In this document: positions 37,374 to 46,803 of the stretch, piece by piece
How the letters are laid out: each line of letters starts with the position of its first letter
How positions within the stretch are numbered: the first letter of the stretch is position 1
Translations under genes and position numbers: made by a program
The notes under the pieces: model-generated
The model's input: only the letters and a program-made list of their open reading frames with translations
What the model was told of the DNA's origin: nothing
Databases searched by the model: none
From: Pseudomonadota bacterium
Lineage (GTDB): Bacteria; Pseudomonadota; Gammaproteobacteria; Ga0077536
Assembly: GCA_043782755.1 (NCBI GenBank)
Contig: JAYWAC010000240.1
Coordinates: forward strand, 591-64,590
Length of the DNA: 64,000 nt
Direction: 5' to 3'

Positions 37374-38531
37374 ATGCAACGCAGCGACCAACGCATCCTG
37401 ACTACACACGTCGGCAGCCTGCCACGCCAGCGCGAACTGTCCGATCTGTTGATCGCCCAGGAAGCGGGTCAGACAGTTGACGAGAAACGTCTCGACCAGC
37501 TCGCCGAGGCCGGCGTCAAGCGCAGCGTCAAGGCGCAGGTCGATGCCGGTGTAGACATCATCAATGACGGTGAACAGCCGCGCGTCGGCTTTCAGACTTA
37601 TGTCAGCCAGCGTCTGCAGGGCTTTGGCGGCGTCAGCGAGCGTGAGCCCTTCACCGATTTTGCCAAGTACCCTGATTTTGGCCAGGTGTGGGCCAACCGC
37701 GGCATGGTGATGTCCAAGGTGTTCGATGCACCGGCGGCCAATGCCGAAGTGCGCTACACCGATCTGGCTCCCGCCAATCGCGAGTTCGACATGTTCGATG
37801 GTGCCTTGAACGAGGTAAAAAATCGCTACAGCGAAGCCTTCATGACTGCCGCCTGCCCGGGTATCGTTTGCACCACGCTCGGCAACAAGTTTTACGATAG
37901 CCACGAAGCCTATGTGCGCGCCGTGGCGCGTGAGATGCAGAAGGAATACGAACTCATCCATCAGCGCGGCTATGTGTTGCAGCTCGACTGCCCGGATCTC
38001 GCGATGGAACGTCACGGCCAGTGGCAGCACGCCTCGCTGAAGGAGTTCCAGGACGCCATCACCATACACATCGATGCCATCAACCAGGCCTGTGTGAACA
38101 TTCCGGCTGAGCGCATCCGCCTGCATGTGTGCTGGGGTAATTACGACGGCCCGCATGATTGCGACGTGCCGCTGGCTGACATCTTCCCGATCATAAGCCA
38201 GGCCAAGGTCGGCGCACTGTCTATAGAATTCGCCAACCCGCGTCATCAACATGAATATGCCGCGCTCAAGAAGTGCGGCATGCCGACGGACAAGATCCTG
38301 ATCCCCGGTGTGATCGATTCCACGGTTAACTACATCGAGCATCCCCAGGTGATCTGCAACCGCATCCTCGAAGCGATTGATGCGGTGGGTGACAAGGAGC
38401 GCGTGATCGCCGGCGCTGACTGCGGTTTCGGCACTTTCGCCGGTTGGGAAATGGTGGCCGCTTCGGTGGTGTGGGCGAAATTCGCTGCGCTTGCCGAGGG
38501 CGCGCGACTGGCCAGCCAGAAACTCTGGTAG
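37374..38531 (+). CDS. cobalamin-independent methionine synthase II (MetE-like) family protein
   Basis: 385 aa with GAGGGAG RBS. ILTTHVGSLPRQ, INDGEQPRV and AGADCGFG are typical of the MetE-like family. Confidence 0.75.
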   Translation: MQRSDQRILTTHVGSLPRQRELSDLLIAQEAGQTVDEKRLDQLAEAGVKRSVKAQVDAGVDIINDGEQPRVGFQTYVSQRLQGFGGVSEREPFTDFAKYPDFGQVWANRGMVMSKVFDAPAANAEVRYTDLAPANREFDMFDGALNEVKNRYSEAFMTAACPGIVCTTLGNKFYDSHEAYVRAVAREMQKEYELIHQRGYVLQLDCPDLAMERHGQWQHASLKEFQDAITIHIDAINQACVNIPAERIRLHVCWGNYDGPHDCDVPLADIFPIISQAKVGALSIEFANPRHQHEYAALKKCGMPTDKILIPGVIDSTVNYIEHPQVICNRILEAIDAVGDKERVIAGADCGFGTFAGWEMVAASVVWAKFAALAEGARLASQKLW

Positions 38532-38633
38532 CTGCAAGTCGTGCGGCGCGGGCCCTTCAGTCCGCGCCGTTTTTTCTCGACCGAGACGTGGGTCGGACTG
38601 ACGCGCTGACGCGGTCCCGGCAGCGGAGACTCC

Positions 38634-38948
38634 ATGGATCAACTCTACGCACGCATCTTTGCCGATGCCGAGTTCCAGGCCTTGCAGCAGCGACGCCAAC
38701 GCTTTACCTGGCTATTGTCGGCACTGGTGTTTGCCGCCTTCCTGATCTTTATCTTGTTGGTGGCTTTCGCGCCGGCGCAGCTGGCGGTGCCGATAGCCTC
38801 GGGCAGTGTCATCGCACGCGGCATTCCTCTCGGTTCGGCCACGATTGTTTTTGGTTTCGTGCTGACCGGCCTCTATGTGCGACGCGCCAACGGTGAGTTC
38901 GATCGCGACATGGCGCGCATCATCACGCGCTGTGCCGCCGAGATCTGA
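38634..38948 (+). CDS. DUF485-family inner membrane protein (YjcH-like)
   Basis: 104 aa with F..L...R.RF followed by two TM helices. Sits immediately upstream of the ActP-like symporter, as in yjcH-actP operons. Confidence 0.75.
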   Translation: MDQLYARIFADAEFQALQQRRQRFTWLLSALVFAAFLIFILLVAFAPAQLAVPIASGSVIARGIPLGSATIVFGFVLTGLYVRRANGEFDRDMARIITRCAAEI

Positions 38949-38952
38949 AGCG

Positions 38953-40617
38953 ATGGCGCGCAACAACGGCCGCGCGCTGTTCGCGTTTGTCATGACGCTC
39001 GGCGCACCGCTAGTCCAGGCGGTCGGTAGTGATGGCCCGCTGCAACGCGAACCTGTGAACCTGCCGGCCATCGCCATGTTCTTGGTGTTCGTGGCAGTGA
39101 CCTTGGGCATCACTTGGTGGGCGGCACGACGCACGCGCACTGCGGCTGATTACTACGCCGCTGGCGCCAGCATCAGTGGCACGCAGAACGGTTTTGCCAT
39201 CGCCGGTGATTTCATGTCGGCGGCGTCTTTCCTCGGCGTCACAGGGCTCATCTACAGTGGCGGTTTCGATGGTTTGATCTGGGGCATAGGCGGCCTCGCC
39301 GGCTGGCCACTGCTGTTGTTTCTGTTCGCCGAGCGCTTGCGCAATCTCGGTCGTTATACCTTCGCCGACGCGGTCAGTTTCCGCCTCGCGTCCGGGCCTA
39401 TGCGCATGTTGTCGGCGTGTTCGACCCTGGTCGTGATCAGCCTCTATCTGATCGGGCAGATGGTCGGTGCCGGCACGTTGATCCAGGTCTTGTTCGGTCT
39501 GCCCTATAGCGGCGCGGTGTTGACGGTTGGCGCGCTGATGATTTTCTACGTGACTTTCGGCGGCATGATCGCGACCACCTGGGTACAGATCACCAAGGCG
39601 GTGTTGTTGCTGTTCGGTTCGACCGTGTTGTCGGTACTGGTGATGGCGCAGTTCGATTTCTCTTTCGAGCGACTGTTCAGCACCGCCGTGCAAGTGCACA
39701 AGAGGGGCATAGGCATCATGTCGCCGGGTAGCCTCGTGACCGATCCGATTTCGGCGCTCTCGCTCGGCACGGCTTTGTTATTCGGCACCGCTGGCCTGCC
39801 GCACATCCTCATGCGCTTCTTCACCGTGCCGGATGCGCGTGCTGCGCGCCACTCGGTGTTTGTCGCCACCGGTCTCATCGGTTACTTCTATATCTTGATC
39901 GTGATCCTGGGCTTTGGCGCCATTGCGCTGCTGGCGCAGAACCCGGCGTTTCTGACCGAAGCCGGTGGCCTGCGCGGCGGTGACAACATGGCCGCCATTC
40001 ATCTATCCCAGGTGGTGGCGGGCGATTTGTTTCTAGGTTTCATTTCGGCGGTGGCCTTCGCCACCATTCTCGCGGTGGTGTCGGGTCTGACCTTGTCGGG
40101 CGCTTCAGCCATCGCCCATGATCTCTATGCCAACGTCATCCGTCGCGGGCGCGCGACGGAAGCCGAAGTGATCCGCATCTCGCGCGTGTCGGCGATCGTG
40201 CTCGGCGTGTTGGCGGTGGTGCTTGGCATCGCCTTTGAAGGACAGAATGTCGCCTACATGGTGTTGCTGTCCTTCGCGGTCGCGGCGAGCGTCAATTTCC
40301 CCATCCTGTTCCTGTCACTCTACTGGCGGCGTTTGACCACGCGCGGTGCGCTGGTCGGTGGCAGCTTCGGATTGCTGACAGCCTGTGTTTGCGTAGTATT
40401 CGGACCCACCGTGTGGGTCGATCTCCTGCATCACGCCGCGCCCGTGTTTCCCTATAAATACCCGGCGCTGTTCGCGCTAGTCGCCTGTGTCAGTGTCACG
40501 GTGCTGGTCTCGCTGACTGACCGCAGTGCGCGCGCGGCGCTGGAGATCAAGGCCTTTGAACACCAATATGTGCGCGCAGTGACAGGCTTGGGCGCGAGCG
40601 GCGCCAGTGCGCACTGA
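38953..40617 (+). CDS. actP: cation/acetate symporter (SSS family)
   Basis: Start at MARNNG (ATG 38953), 5 nt after the DUF485 stop. Polytopic with [18 protein letters not shown] and [12 protein letters not shown] motifs. Confidence 0.8.
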   Translation: MARNNGRALFAFVMTLGAPLVQAVGSDGPLQREPVNLPAIAMFLVFVAVTLGITWWAARRTRTAADYYAAGASISGTQNGFAIAGDFMSAASFLGVTGLIYSGGFDGLIWGIGGLAGWPLLLFLFAERLRNLGRYTFADAVSFRLASGPMRMLSACSTLVVISLYLIGQMVGAGTLIQVLFGLPYSGAVLTVGALMIFYVTFGGMIATTWVQITKAVLLLFGSTVLSVLVMAQFDFSFERLFSTAVQVHKRGIGIMSPGSLVTDPISALSLGTALLFGTAGLPHILMRFFTVPDARAARHSVFVATGLIGYFYILIVILGFGAIALLAQNPAFLTEAGGLRGGDNMAAIHLSQVVAGDLFLGFISAVAFATILAVVSGLTLSGASAIAHDLYANVIRRGRATEAEVIRISRVSAIVLGVLAVVLGIAFEGQNVAYMVLLSFAVAASVNFPILFLSLYWRRLTTRGALVGGSFGLLTACVCVVFGPTVWVDLLHHAAPVFPYKYPALFALVACVSVTVLVSLTDRSARAALEIKAFEHQYVRAVTGLGASGASAH

Positions 40618-40662
40618 AGTCGATCTCGCAGGTCATCATCATCAACAATAAGGAGTGAGCCC

Positions 40663-41163
40663 ATGGCCCTCGTAGTCACCAGTGAAAGTTTCAAAGAAGG
40701 CGAGCTGCTCGGCGCCGCGCATGTATTGTCAGAAGACTATGGCTTCGGTTGCGCCGGTAATAATCTCTCGCCGCAATTGTCCTGGAGCGGCGCGCCGGCC
40801 GGCACGATGAGTTTCGCCATCACCTGCTTCGATCCCGATGCGCCTACCGGCAGTGGTTTCTGGCATTGGGTGGTGGCGAATATTCCAGCGAATGTCAGCA
40901 GCCTGCCTCTCGGTGCGGGTGACCCCACCAAGGGCTTGATGCCGGCCGGTGCACTTGAAGTGCGCACCGATTTCGGCAAGCCCGGCTACGGTGGCCCGTG
41001 CGCACCGCCGGGCGACAACTTTCATCGCTACATCTTCACCGTGCATGCGGTGGATCTGAAGTCGCTGCCGGTGACTGCGGACACTTCGGCGGCGGTGGTC
41101 GGTTTCTATCTCAACTTCCACACGCTGGCCAAGACCAGCTTGATCGGCATCTTCCGCCGCTAA
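40663..41163 (+). CDS. YbhB/YbcL-family (PEBP-like) protein
   Basis: 166 aa with CFDPDAPTGSGFWHW and GPCAPPGDNFHRYIFTVHA. Confidence 0.85.
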   Translation: MALVVTSESFKEGELLGAAHVLSEDYGFGCAGNNLSPQLSWSGAPAGTMSFAITCFDPDAPTGSGFWHWVVANIPANVSSLPLGAGDPTKGLMPAGALEVRTDFGKPGYGGPCAPPGDNFHRYIFTVHAVDLKSLPVTADTSAAVVGFYLNFHTLAKTSLIGIFRR

Positions 41164-41239
41164 GGTCGGTGCGTGACGGACGACGCCCGGTCGTTGTCCG
41201 TCACGCCATTGTTGCCGCGATGACGGCATACTTGGCGTC

Positions 41240-43918
41240 ATGAGCATCCGCAATCTCGACAGTCTGTTCAAACCGGCGTCCGTTGCCATCATCGGCGCGA
41301 GTGAACGCCCCGGTGCCATCGGCCAGGTAGTGACGCGTAATATTCTCGAGGCGGGCTTCAAGGGGCCGGTGATGCTGGTCAACCCGGGCCACGACGAATT
41401 ATTCGGCCGCCCGGTTTACGCCGATGTCGCGAGCCTGCCCACCAGGCCTGAACTCGCCATCATCACCACGCCGGCCGAGACTGCTGTGCAAGTGGTAGCC
41501 GAACTCGCGACGCGCGGCACACGCGCGGCGGTGGTGATCGCGGCCGGTTTCTCCGGTGGTTCCGATACCGCCGGCGGACGACTTCGCCAAAGCTTGCTCG
41601 CTGCGGCACGCCCCGCGCTGCTGCGTGTCATCGGTCCCAATTGCCTCGGCATACTCGCGCCGGCGGTGGGTCTGAACGCGAGTTTCGCGCAGTTGACTCC
41701 GCGCGCGGGTGGCCTCGCCTTCGTCGCACAGTCAGGCGCGATCATCACCTCAGTGTTGGATTGGGCGGCGCCACGCAACATCGGTTTTTCGCTGCTGGCC
41801 TCGCTCGGCGACATGGCCGATGTCGACTTTGGCGACATGCTCGACTATCTCGCCAACGACGCCGACACGCGCGCCATTCTGCTCTATATCGAAGGCGTTA
41901 CCCATGCGCGCAAATTCATGTCGGCGGCGCGTGCTGCCTCGCGCATGAAGCCGGTGATCGTGGTCAAGGCCGGCCGTCATGCCGCCGCCGCCCAGGCCGC
42001 CGCGTCCCACACCGGCGCACTGGCCGGTGTGGACGCTGTGTATGACGCCGCGTTCCGACGCGCCGGCATGTTGCGCGTGATGACCTTGGAAGACTTGTTC
42101 GACGCGGTCGAGACTTTGGCGCTGGCGCGTCCGCCGCGCGGTGAGCGGCTGGCGATACTCACCAACGGCGGTGGCGTGGGTGTGCTCGCGACCGACGCCT
42201 TGATGGATGCCGGCGGCACGCTCGCGGTATTGTCGCCCGAGACCATCGCCAAACTCGACGCGGTGTTGCCGGCCACCTGGTCGCGTGCCAATCCCATCGA
42301 CATCATCGGTGACGCCAATGCCGAACGTTACACCGCCGCCGTGCAAGCGGTGCTGGGCGCGCCGGAAACCGATGCCTTGCTGGTATTAAATTGCCCGACG
42401 GCGGTGACTTCATCCGATGCGGCGGCGGCGGCCGTGCTCGCAGCCTTGCCGACGCCGAATCGATTTCCGCTCTTCACCAGTTGGGTGGGCGGTGCCGGCG
42501 CGGCCAGCGCGCGTGAGCGTTTTCGTGCCGCCGGCGTGCCGACCTATGACGCGCCCGAGGAAGCGGTGCGTGGCTTCATGCAGTTGATCGACTATCGTCG
42601 CAATCAGGCGGCGTTGCTGGAAACGCCGCCGTCTCTTCCCGAGGACTTCATACCCGAACTCGACAGCGCGCGCGCCATTATCGCGGCGGCCTTGTCCGAG
42701 CAACGCGAGTGGCTGTCGGAACTGGAAGCGAAATCCGTACTCGCGAGTTTCGGCATTCCGACTGTCGCCACGCGACTTGCCACCAGCCCGGAACAGGCCG
42801 CCACTTATGCTGCGGCCCTCGGTGGTCGTGTCGCGTTGAAAATCGTCAGTCGCGACATCACCCATAAATCCGACGTCGGCGGTGTGATGCTCGATCTTGC
42901 ACCAGCGGACGTGCTCGCCGCCGCGCAGGCGATGGCGGCCCGCGTGCGCGCCGCGCGCCCGCTGGCGCAGCTCGAAGGCTATGCGGTGCAGGCCATGATC
43001 GAGCGGCCCGCCGCCCATGAGTTGATCGCCGGTGTGATCGACGATCGCGAATTCGGCCCGGTCATTCTTTTCGGCGCCGGCGGCGTCGCTGTCGAAGTAT
43101 TGAACGACAAGGCTTTAACCCTGCCGCCGCTCAATATGAAACTCGCGCGCGATGTCATTGCGCGGACACGGGTGGCCAAGTTATTGGCCGGCTATCGTCA
43201 GGTCGCGGCGGCCGACGTCGATGCCATCGCCTTGACCTTGGTGCGACTCTCGCAATTAGTGATCGACCTGCCACAGGTCGCGGAGTTGGATATCAATCCG
43301 CTGTTGGCCGATGCCGAGGGCGTGCTGGCGCTCGATGCGCGTATCCGTCTGCGTCGCGATGTGAAGCTGGGCAGCACGCGGCTTGCGATTCGTCCTTACC
43401 CTCGGGATCTCGAAGAACTCATCACCAATGACGACGGCCAGTTGCTGTTGTTGCGCCCCATTCTGCCGGAAGACGAAACCGCGCTACGTGCAACTTTCGC
43501 GCGCCTGACTCCCGAGGAAGTACGCTTTCGCTTCTTCGTGCCGATGAAACTCATGGACCACGTCACCGCCGCGCGTTTCAGTCAGATTGACTATGACCGT
43601 CAGATGGCGCTGGTGCTGACCGTGCCAGGCATCGCCGGTGAAACGGAAATCTTCGGCGTGGTACGTTCGATCGAAGACCCGGATCGCGAGCAGGCCGAAT
43701 TCGCCATTGTCGTTGAACAACGCATGGCGGGGCGGGGCTTAGGCCAACACCTCATGCATCGCATCATCGACTATGCCCGTGGTCGTGGCGTGCGCGAACT
43801 CTATGGCGAAGTGTTGGCTGACAATCACCGCATGCTGACGCTGTGTCGTGAGTGTGGTTTCAACGAAGCCAAGGACATGCAAGAGCTGGGGGTGGTGCGG
43901 GTGGCGATGCGTTTGTAG
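41240..43918 (+). CDS. bifunctional ADP-forming acyl-CoA synthetase-like / GNAT protein lysine acetyltransferase (Pat/YfiQ-type)
   Basis: 892 aa. N-terminal CoA-binding domain (SVAIIGASERPGAIG), succinyl-CoA-synthetase-like and ATP-grasp regions, and a C-terminal GNAT with QRMAGRGLGQHLM. Confidence 0.85.
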   Translation: MSIRNLDSLFKPASVAIIGASERPGAIGQVVTRNILEAGFKGPVMLVNPGHDELFGRPVYADVASLPTRPELAIITTPAETAVQVVAELATRGTRAAVVIAAGFSGGSDTAGGRLRQSLLAAARPALLRVIGPNCLGILAPAVGLNASFAQLTPRAGGLAFVAQSGAIITSVLDWAAPRNIGFSLLASLGDMADVDFGDMLDYLANDADTRAILLYIEGVTHARKFMSAARAASRMKPVIVVKAGRHAAAAQAAASHTGALAGVDAVYDAAFRRAGMLRVMTLEDLFDAVETLALARPPRGERLAILTNGGGVGVLATDALMDAGGTLAVLSPETIAKLDAVLPATWSRANPIDIIGDANAERYTAAVQAVLGAPETDALLVLNCPTAVTSSDAAAAAVLAALPTPNRFPLFTSWVGGAGAASARERFRAAGVPTYDAPEEAVRGFMQLIDYRRNQAALLETPPSLPEDFIPELDSARAIIAAALSEQREWLSELEAKSVLASFGIPTVATRLATSPEQAATYAAALGGRVALKIVSRDITHKSDVGGVMLDLAPADVLAAAQAMAARVRAARPLAQLEGYAVQAMIERPAAHELIAGVIDDREFGPVILFGAGGVAVEVLNDKALTLPPLNMKLARDVIARTRVAKLLAGYRQVAAADVDAIALTLVRLSQLVIDLPQVAELDINPLLADAEGVLALDARIRLRRDVKLGSTRLAIRPYPRDLEELITNDDGQLLLLRPILPEDETALRATFARLTPEEVRFRFFVPMKLMDHVTAARFSQIDYDRQMALVLTVPGIAGETEIFGVVRSIEDPDREQAEFAIVVEQRMAGRGLGQHLMHRIIDYARGRGVRELYGEVLADNHRMLTLCRECGFNEAKDMQELGVVRVAMRL

Positions 43919-44075
43919 GGCGTGTTGCCTGTGTATCTTCGCCCTGTGGGCGGCGCGTGGCGCACAGGCGGCGCCCTGGAAGGAAGGTGCGCATGAATTG
44001 GGTGAAGGTCTGAAACTGAACTATCCAATTCAGCGCTTGGCTCTATCTGGAGCTACTCACTCGCCGAGCTTGCCC

Positions 44076-44160
44076 TTGTGGGTCAGACTTTAGTCTGACA
44101 TTCATGAACTGCCGAGGCTCTCGGGGCTGAGCGAGTGTCAGACTGAAGTCCGACCCACAA
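44076..44160. repeat. inverted doublet of family 2 REP elements (REPIN-like)
   Basis: ttgtgggtcagactttagtctgac (44076-44099) and gtcagactgaagtccgacccacaa (44137-44160) lie in opposite orientation. Confidence 0.7.
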
Positions 44161-44313
44161 AGGACTAGAGAGGTGGCGTGGTAGAGGCGTAGTGAAGCAG
44201 ATAGAAAGCCAGCCCTGAATCCAAACTCCAAACTCTCCGCTCATCAGATGATCAGTTTCAGACCTGCACCCGGTGAACTCGCACGAGGGACCCACGGCAA
44301 GACAGGGGAAACT

Positions 44314-44336
44314 GGGCTGAGCGTTTTGCTCAGCCC
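44314..44336 (-). terminator. hairpin terminator candidate after the 146-aa repeat-protein gene
   Basis: 9-bp stem gggctgagc/gctcagccc with a 5-nt loop, 10 nt past the TAG. The downstream U-tract is weak (aguuucccc on the minus strand). Confidence 0.4.
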
Positions 44337-44345
44337 ATGGCGCGC

Positions 44346-44786
44346 CTACTTGCGCAGGAATATGGTCGCCAGTATCGCGGCGGCTATCGCGAGGGCGATG
44401 GCTATCCACTTGCCTACGCCGGGCTGCGGGGATGTCGGCGATATTGCCGCTGCCGGCGTAGCGGCGGGTGCTGCCGGTATCGACACTTCGCCACCACCGA
44501 GATCGAGATCCAGCGGCGCAGGGCTGCTCGCGGTCTCGATCTCGTGGCCACCGGTCAGATCGAAGTCAAGGGTGGCATGGCTCGCCGCCTCTTCTTCTTC
44601 GTCGCCACCGCCGGTCAAGTCGAAATCCAGGGGCGCGCGGGCTAAGGCCGCCGCGTCCAAAGCCTGGACGCGGGCCGCCGCGCTCATCACGGCGGTGCGA
44701 TCGTCGTCGTCGCCCGTTGCGACACTGCCACGGCTAGGTAGGGTATGCGGTGATACGACGCGGGTACGGTCTTCGTCAGCGGTCAC
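44346..44786 (-). CDS. small acidic repeat protein with C-terminal transmembrane anchor
   Basis: 146 aa with three repeats (PLDFDLTGG, TLDFDLTGG, PLDLDLGGG), a Pro/Ala linker, then WIAIALAIAAAILATIFLRK at the extreme C-terminus. Confidence 0.55.
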   Translation of the reverse strand: MTADEDRTRVVSPHTLPSRGSVATGDDDDRTAVMSAAARVQALDAAALARAPLDFDLTGGGDEEEEAASHATLDFDLTGGHEIETASSPAPLDLDLGGGEVSIPAAPAATPAAAISPTSPQPGVGKWIAIALAIAAAILATIFLRK

Positions 44787-44920
44787 GGTCGGCCTCGATC
44801 ATTGTGCAGTTGGGGAGCACGTGCAACATACCTAGCGAGCGGAAGAAAAACCACTGCGTTGAACAAATTTCCTGGGCAGGCCGGCAGGAGTTCGCCGCAG
44901 CGCTCCCCCAATCGCCCGGT

Positions 44921-45970
44921 TCAATGCCCGTGTCTATGGTGCGCGTCGGGAAAATGGGCGTGCTGATGTTGCAGCGACCCATGACGGTGCTGGTGTGTGT
45001 GCGGGGTGTCGTCCGATAGCGGCTCGTCGTGAGCGTGCTTATGGTGTGCGTCGTGCATATGGCTGTGTTCGTGCGTCAGCGCTTCGTGCAGGTGTTCATG
45101 CACGTGATGCTCGGTCAGATGCAGCCACACGCCAGCCGCCATCAAAACGCCGGCCGCGACCAAGGGCAAGCTCAGGGGCTCGCCTAGCAAGAGGGCGAGC
45201 AGGGCACCGAAGAACGGCGCTACGGAGAAGTAAGCGCCACTGCGCGCGGTGCCAAGATGACGCAAGCTGACGACGAACAGACTCAGGCTGACACCATAGG
45301 CCAGCAGTCCCAGCAGCATCGCGCCACACACCAAGGGTGGCGACGGGAAGTGTGCGCCGAGCAGCACGGCGAGAGTCAGATTCACAAGTCCCGCGCTCAC
45401 GCCTTTGACGGCGGCAATCCAGGTCGCATCGGTGAGCGAGACCTTGCGTGTCAGATTGTTATCAATGGCCCAGGCCAGGCAGGCGCCGAGCACCGCCAAG
45501 GCCGGCGCGGAACCCGTTAATTGCAGATCTTTGGGCCAACTCAAGATCAGCGCGCCTGCTACTACCGCCGCCATGCCGAGAGCAATACGCCGATCGAAAT
45601 TTTCCTTGAAGACGAACCACGCCAAGAGCGCGGTAAACGCCGCTTCGGCGTTCAGTAACAAGGACGCACTGGACGCCGCCATGCCGGACAGACCGAACAT
45701 CAACAACAGTGGTCCGCACACGCCACCGGCGACTATCGCGCCGCTCAGCCACAACGCTTCACGGCGCGGCAGACGCACTGACGGTGCGCCTATCAAGCGG
45801 CGATATAGCCACAAGCCGAGGCCCGATCCGGTGTAGAGCAGGCCGGCCAACATCCACGGACTGACTTCGTTCAGCAGCAACTTGGCAAGTGGCGTGCCCA
45901 TGCCGAACAGTAGCGCGGCCATCAAAGCAGCGGCCACGCCGGGTTGGCGCCAAACAGCGAGTGGATTCAT
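44921..45970 (-). CDS. DMT-superfamily (EamA) transporter with His-rich C-terminal tail
   Basis: Start at MNPLAVW (ATG 45970). About 10 TM segments, then a tail of about 65 aa that is very rich in His (HLTEHHVHEHLHEALTHEHSHMHDAHHKHAHD...HFPDAHHRHGH). Confidence 0.8.
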   Translation of the reverse strand: MNPLAVWRQPGVAAALMAALLFGMGTPLAKLLLNEVSPWMLAGLLYTGSGLGLWLYRRLIGAPSVRLPRREALWLSGAIVAGGVCGPLLLMFGLSGMAASSASLLLNAEAAFTALLAWFVFKENFDRRIALGMAAVVAGALILSWPKDLQLTGSAPALAVLGACLAWAIDNNLTRKVSLTDATWIAAVKGVSAGLVNLTLAVLLGAHFPSPPLVCGAMLLGLLAYGVSLSLFVVSLRHLGTARSGAYFSVAPFFGALLALLLGEPLSLPLVAAGVLMAAGVWLHLTEHHVHEHLHEALTHEHSHMHDAHHKHAHDEPLSDDTPHTHQHRHGSLQHQHAHFPDAHHRHGH

Positions 45971-46001
45971 GACGAGGTGACAGCGCTGAGCATGGCGAGC
46001 C

Positions 46002-46790
46002 TCAGCGCGGCGACTCTCCATAGACGAGCCCAAACAATTCGCTCTTGTAAGCCAGCAGTGTGAGTAGCGATTCGGAAGCCTGTTCCATCACCTCGGGCCG
46101 CAAGGATAGAAACCAGTTCTCCTGGGTGCGATAGGTCGGCGTGGTGTAGAACGGAAACACCGCCGCACGCTGTTGATCTTGGGTAGTGTTGGCGCCCGTG
46201 CGATGCCACAGCCGGCTTTCGAATACGAACACGCTGCCGGCCGGTGCTTCTATCGGCACGAGTTCGTCGAGGGCGGTATCCGTTGCTGGATTGCTCATAC
46301 GTCGATGACTGCCCGGCACGACCTCGGTCGCGCCGTTATCACGCGTGAAGTCGTCGATACACCACGCGACATTGAGCCCCTGCGGACGCTTCGGCCAGGG
46401 TAAGGGCACGAACACCTGATCGGCATGCAACACACCGGCGCTCGCGCCAGGGCCGGTAATGTTGCCGGAGATATTGCTGAGCAAGGCCGGCCAGCCGATG
46501 GTCGCGCGCACGAATTCGAGCGCGAGCGGATGTTCCGCCAGCATCGCGAATAGCGGATCGCGGTTCAGCAGATTCCACACGCGGTGATTGCGTTCGTCGC
46601 GGTCGAGTGCGAAACCGCGATTGCGCCGACCATCCCGGTCATCATCGTCGGCGGCGCGATAAAGCGCGTCGCGTATCCGCGCCAGCGTGTCGGCGTGCAG
46701 CACCTCGGGCATCACACACAGGCCGTGTTCGCGCAGATCGCGCAAAGCCTGGTCGAGATCGCGGGTAGGAGGGGGAAGTGAAGGCGGCAT
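46002..46790 (-). CDS. phytanoyl-CoA dioxygenase (PhyH) family Fe(II)/2-oxoglutarate oxygenase
   Basis: Start at MPPSLPPP (ATG 46790). H-x-D in VLHADQVF, and GATEVVPGSH. Confidence 0.75.
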   Translation of the reverse strand: MPPSLPPPTRDLDQALRDLREHGLCVMPEVLHADTLARIRDALYRAADDDDRDGRRNRGFALDRDERNHRVWNLLNRDPLFAMLAEHPLALEFVRATIGWPALLSNISGNITGPGASAGVLHADQVFVPLPWPKRPQGLNVAWCIDDFTRDNGATEVVPGSHRRMSNPATDTALDELVPIEAPAGSVFVFESRLWHRTGANTTQDQQRAAVFPFYTTPTYRTQENWFLSLRPEVMEQASESLLTLLAYKSELFGLVYGESPR

Positions 46791-46803
46791 GGGTTCGCGC
46801 GGT

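Noticed and set aside
37242-38699. 485-aa minus-strand ORF spanning the MetE-like gene
   Set aside because: It lies entirely antisense to a plus-strand gene with clear family motifs and an RBS. Its translation is low-complexity with no recognisable domain. This is a typical GC-rich shadow ORF.
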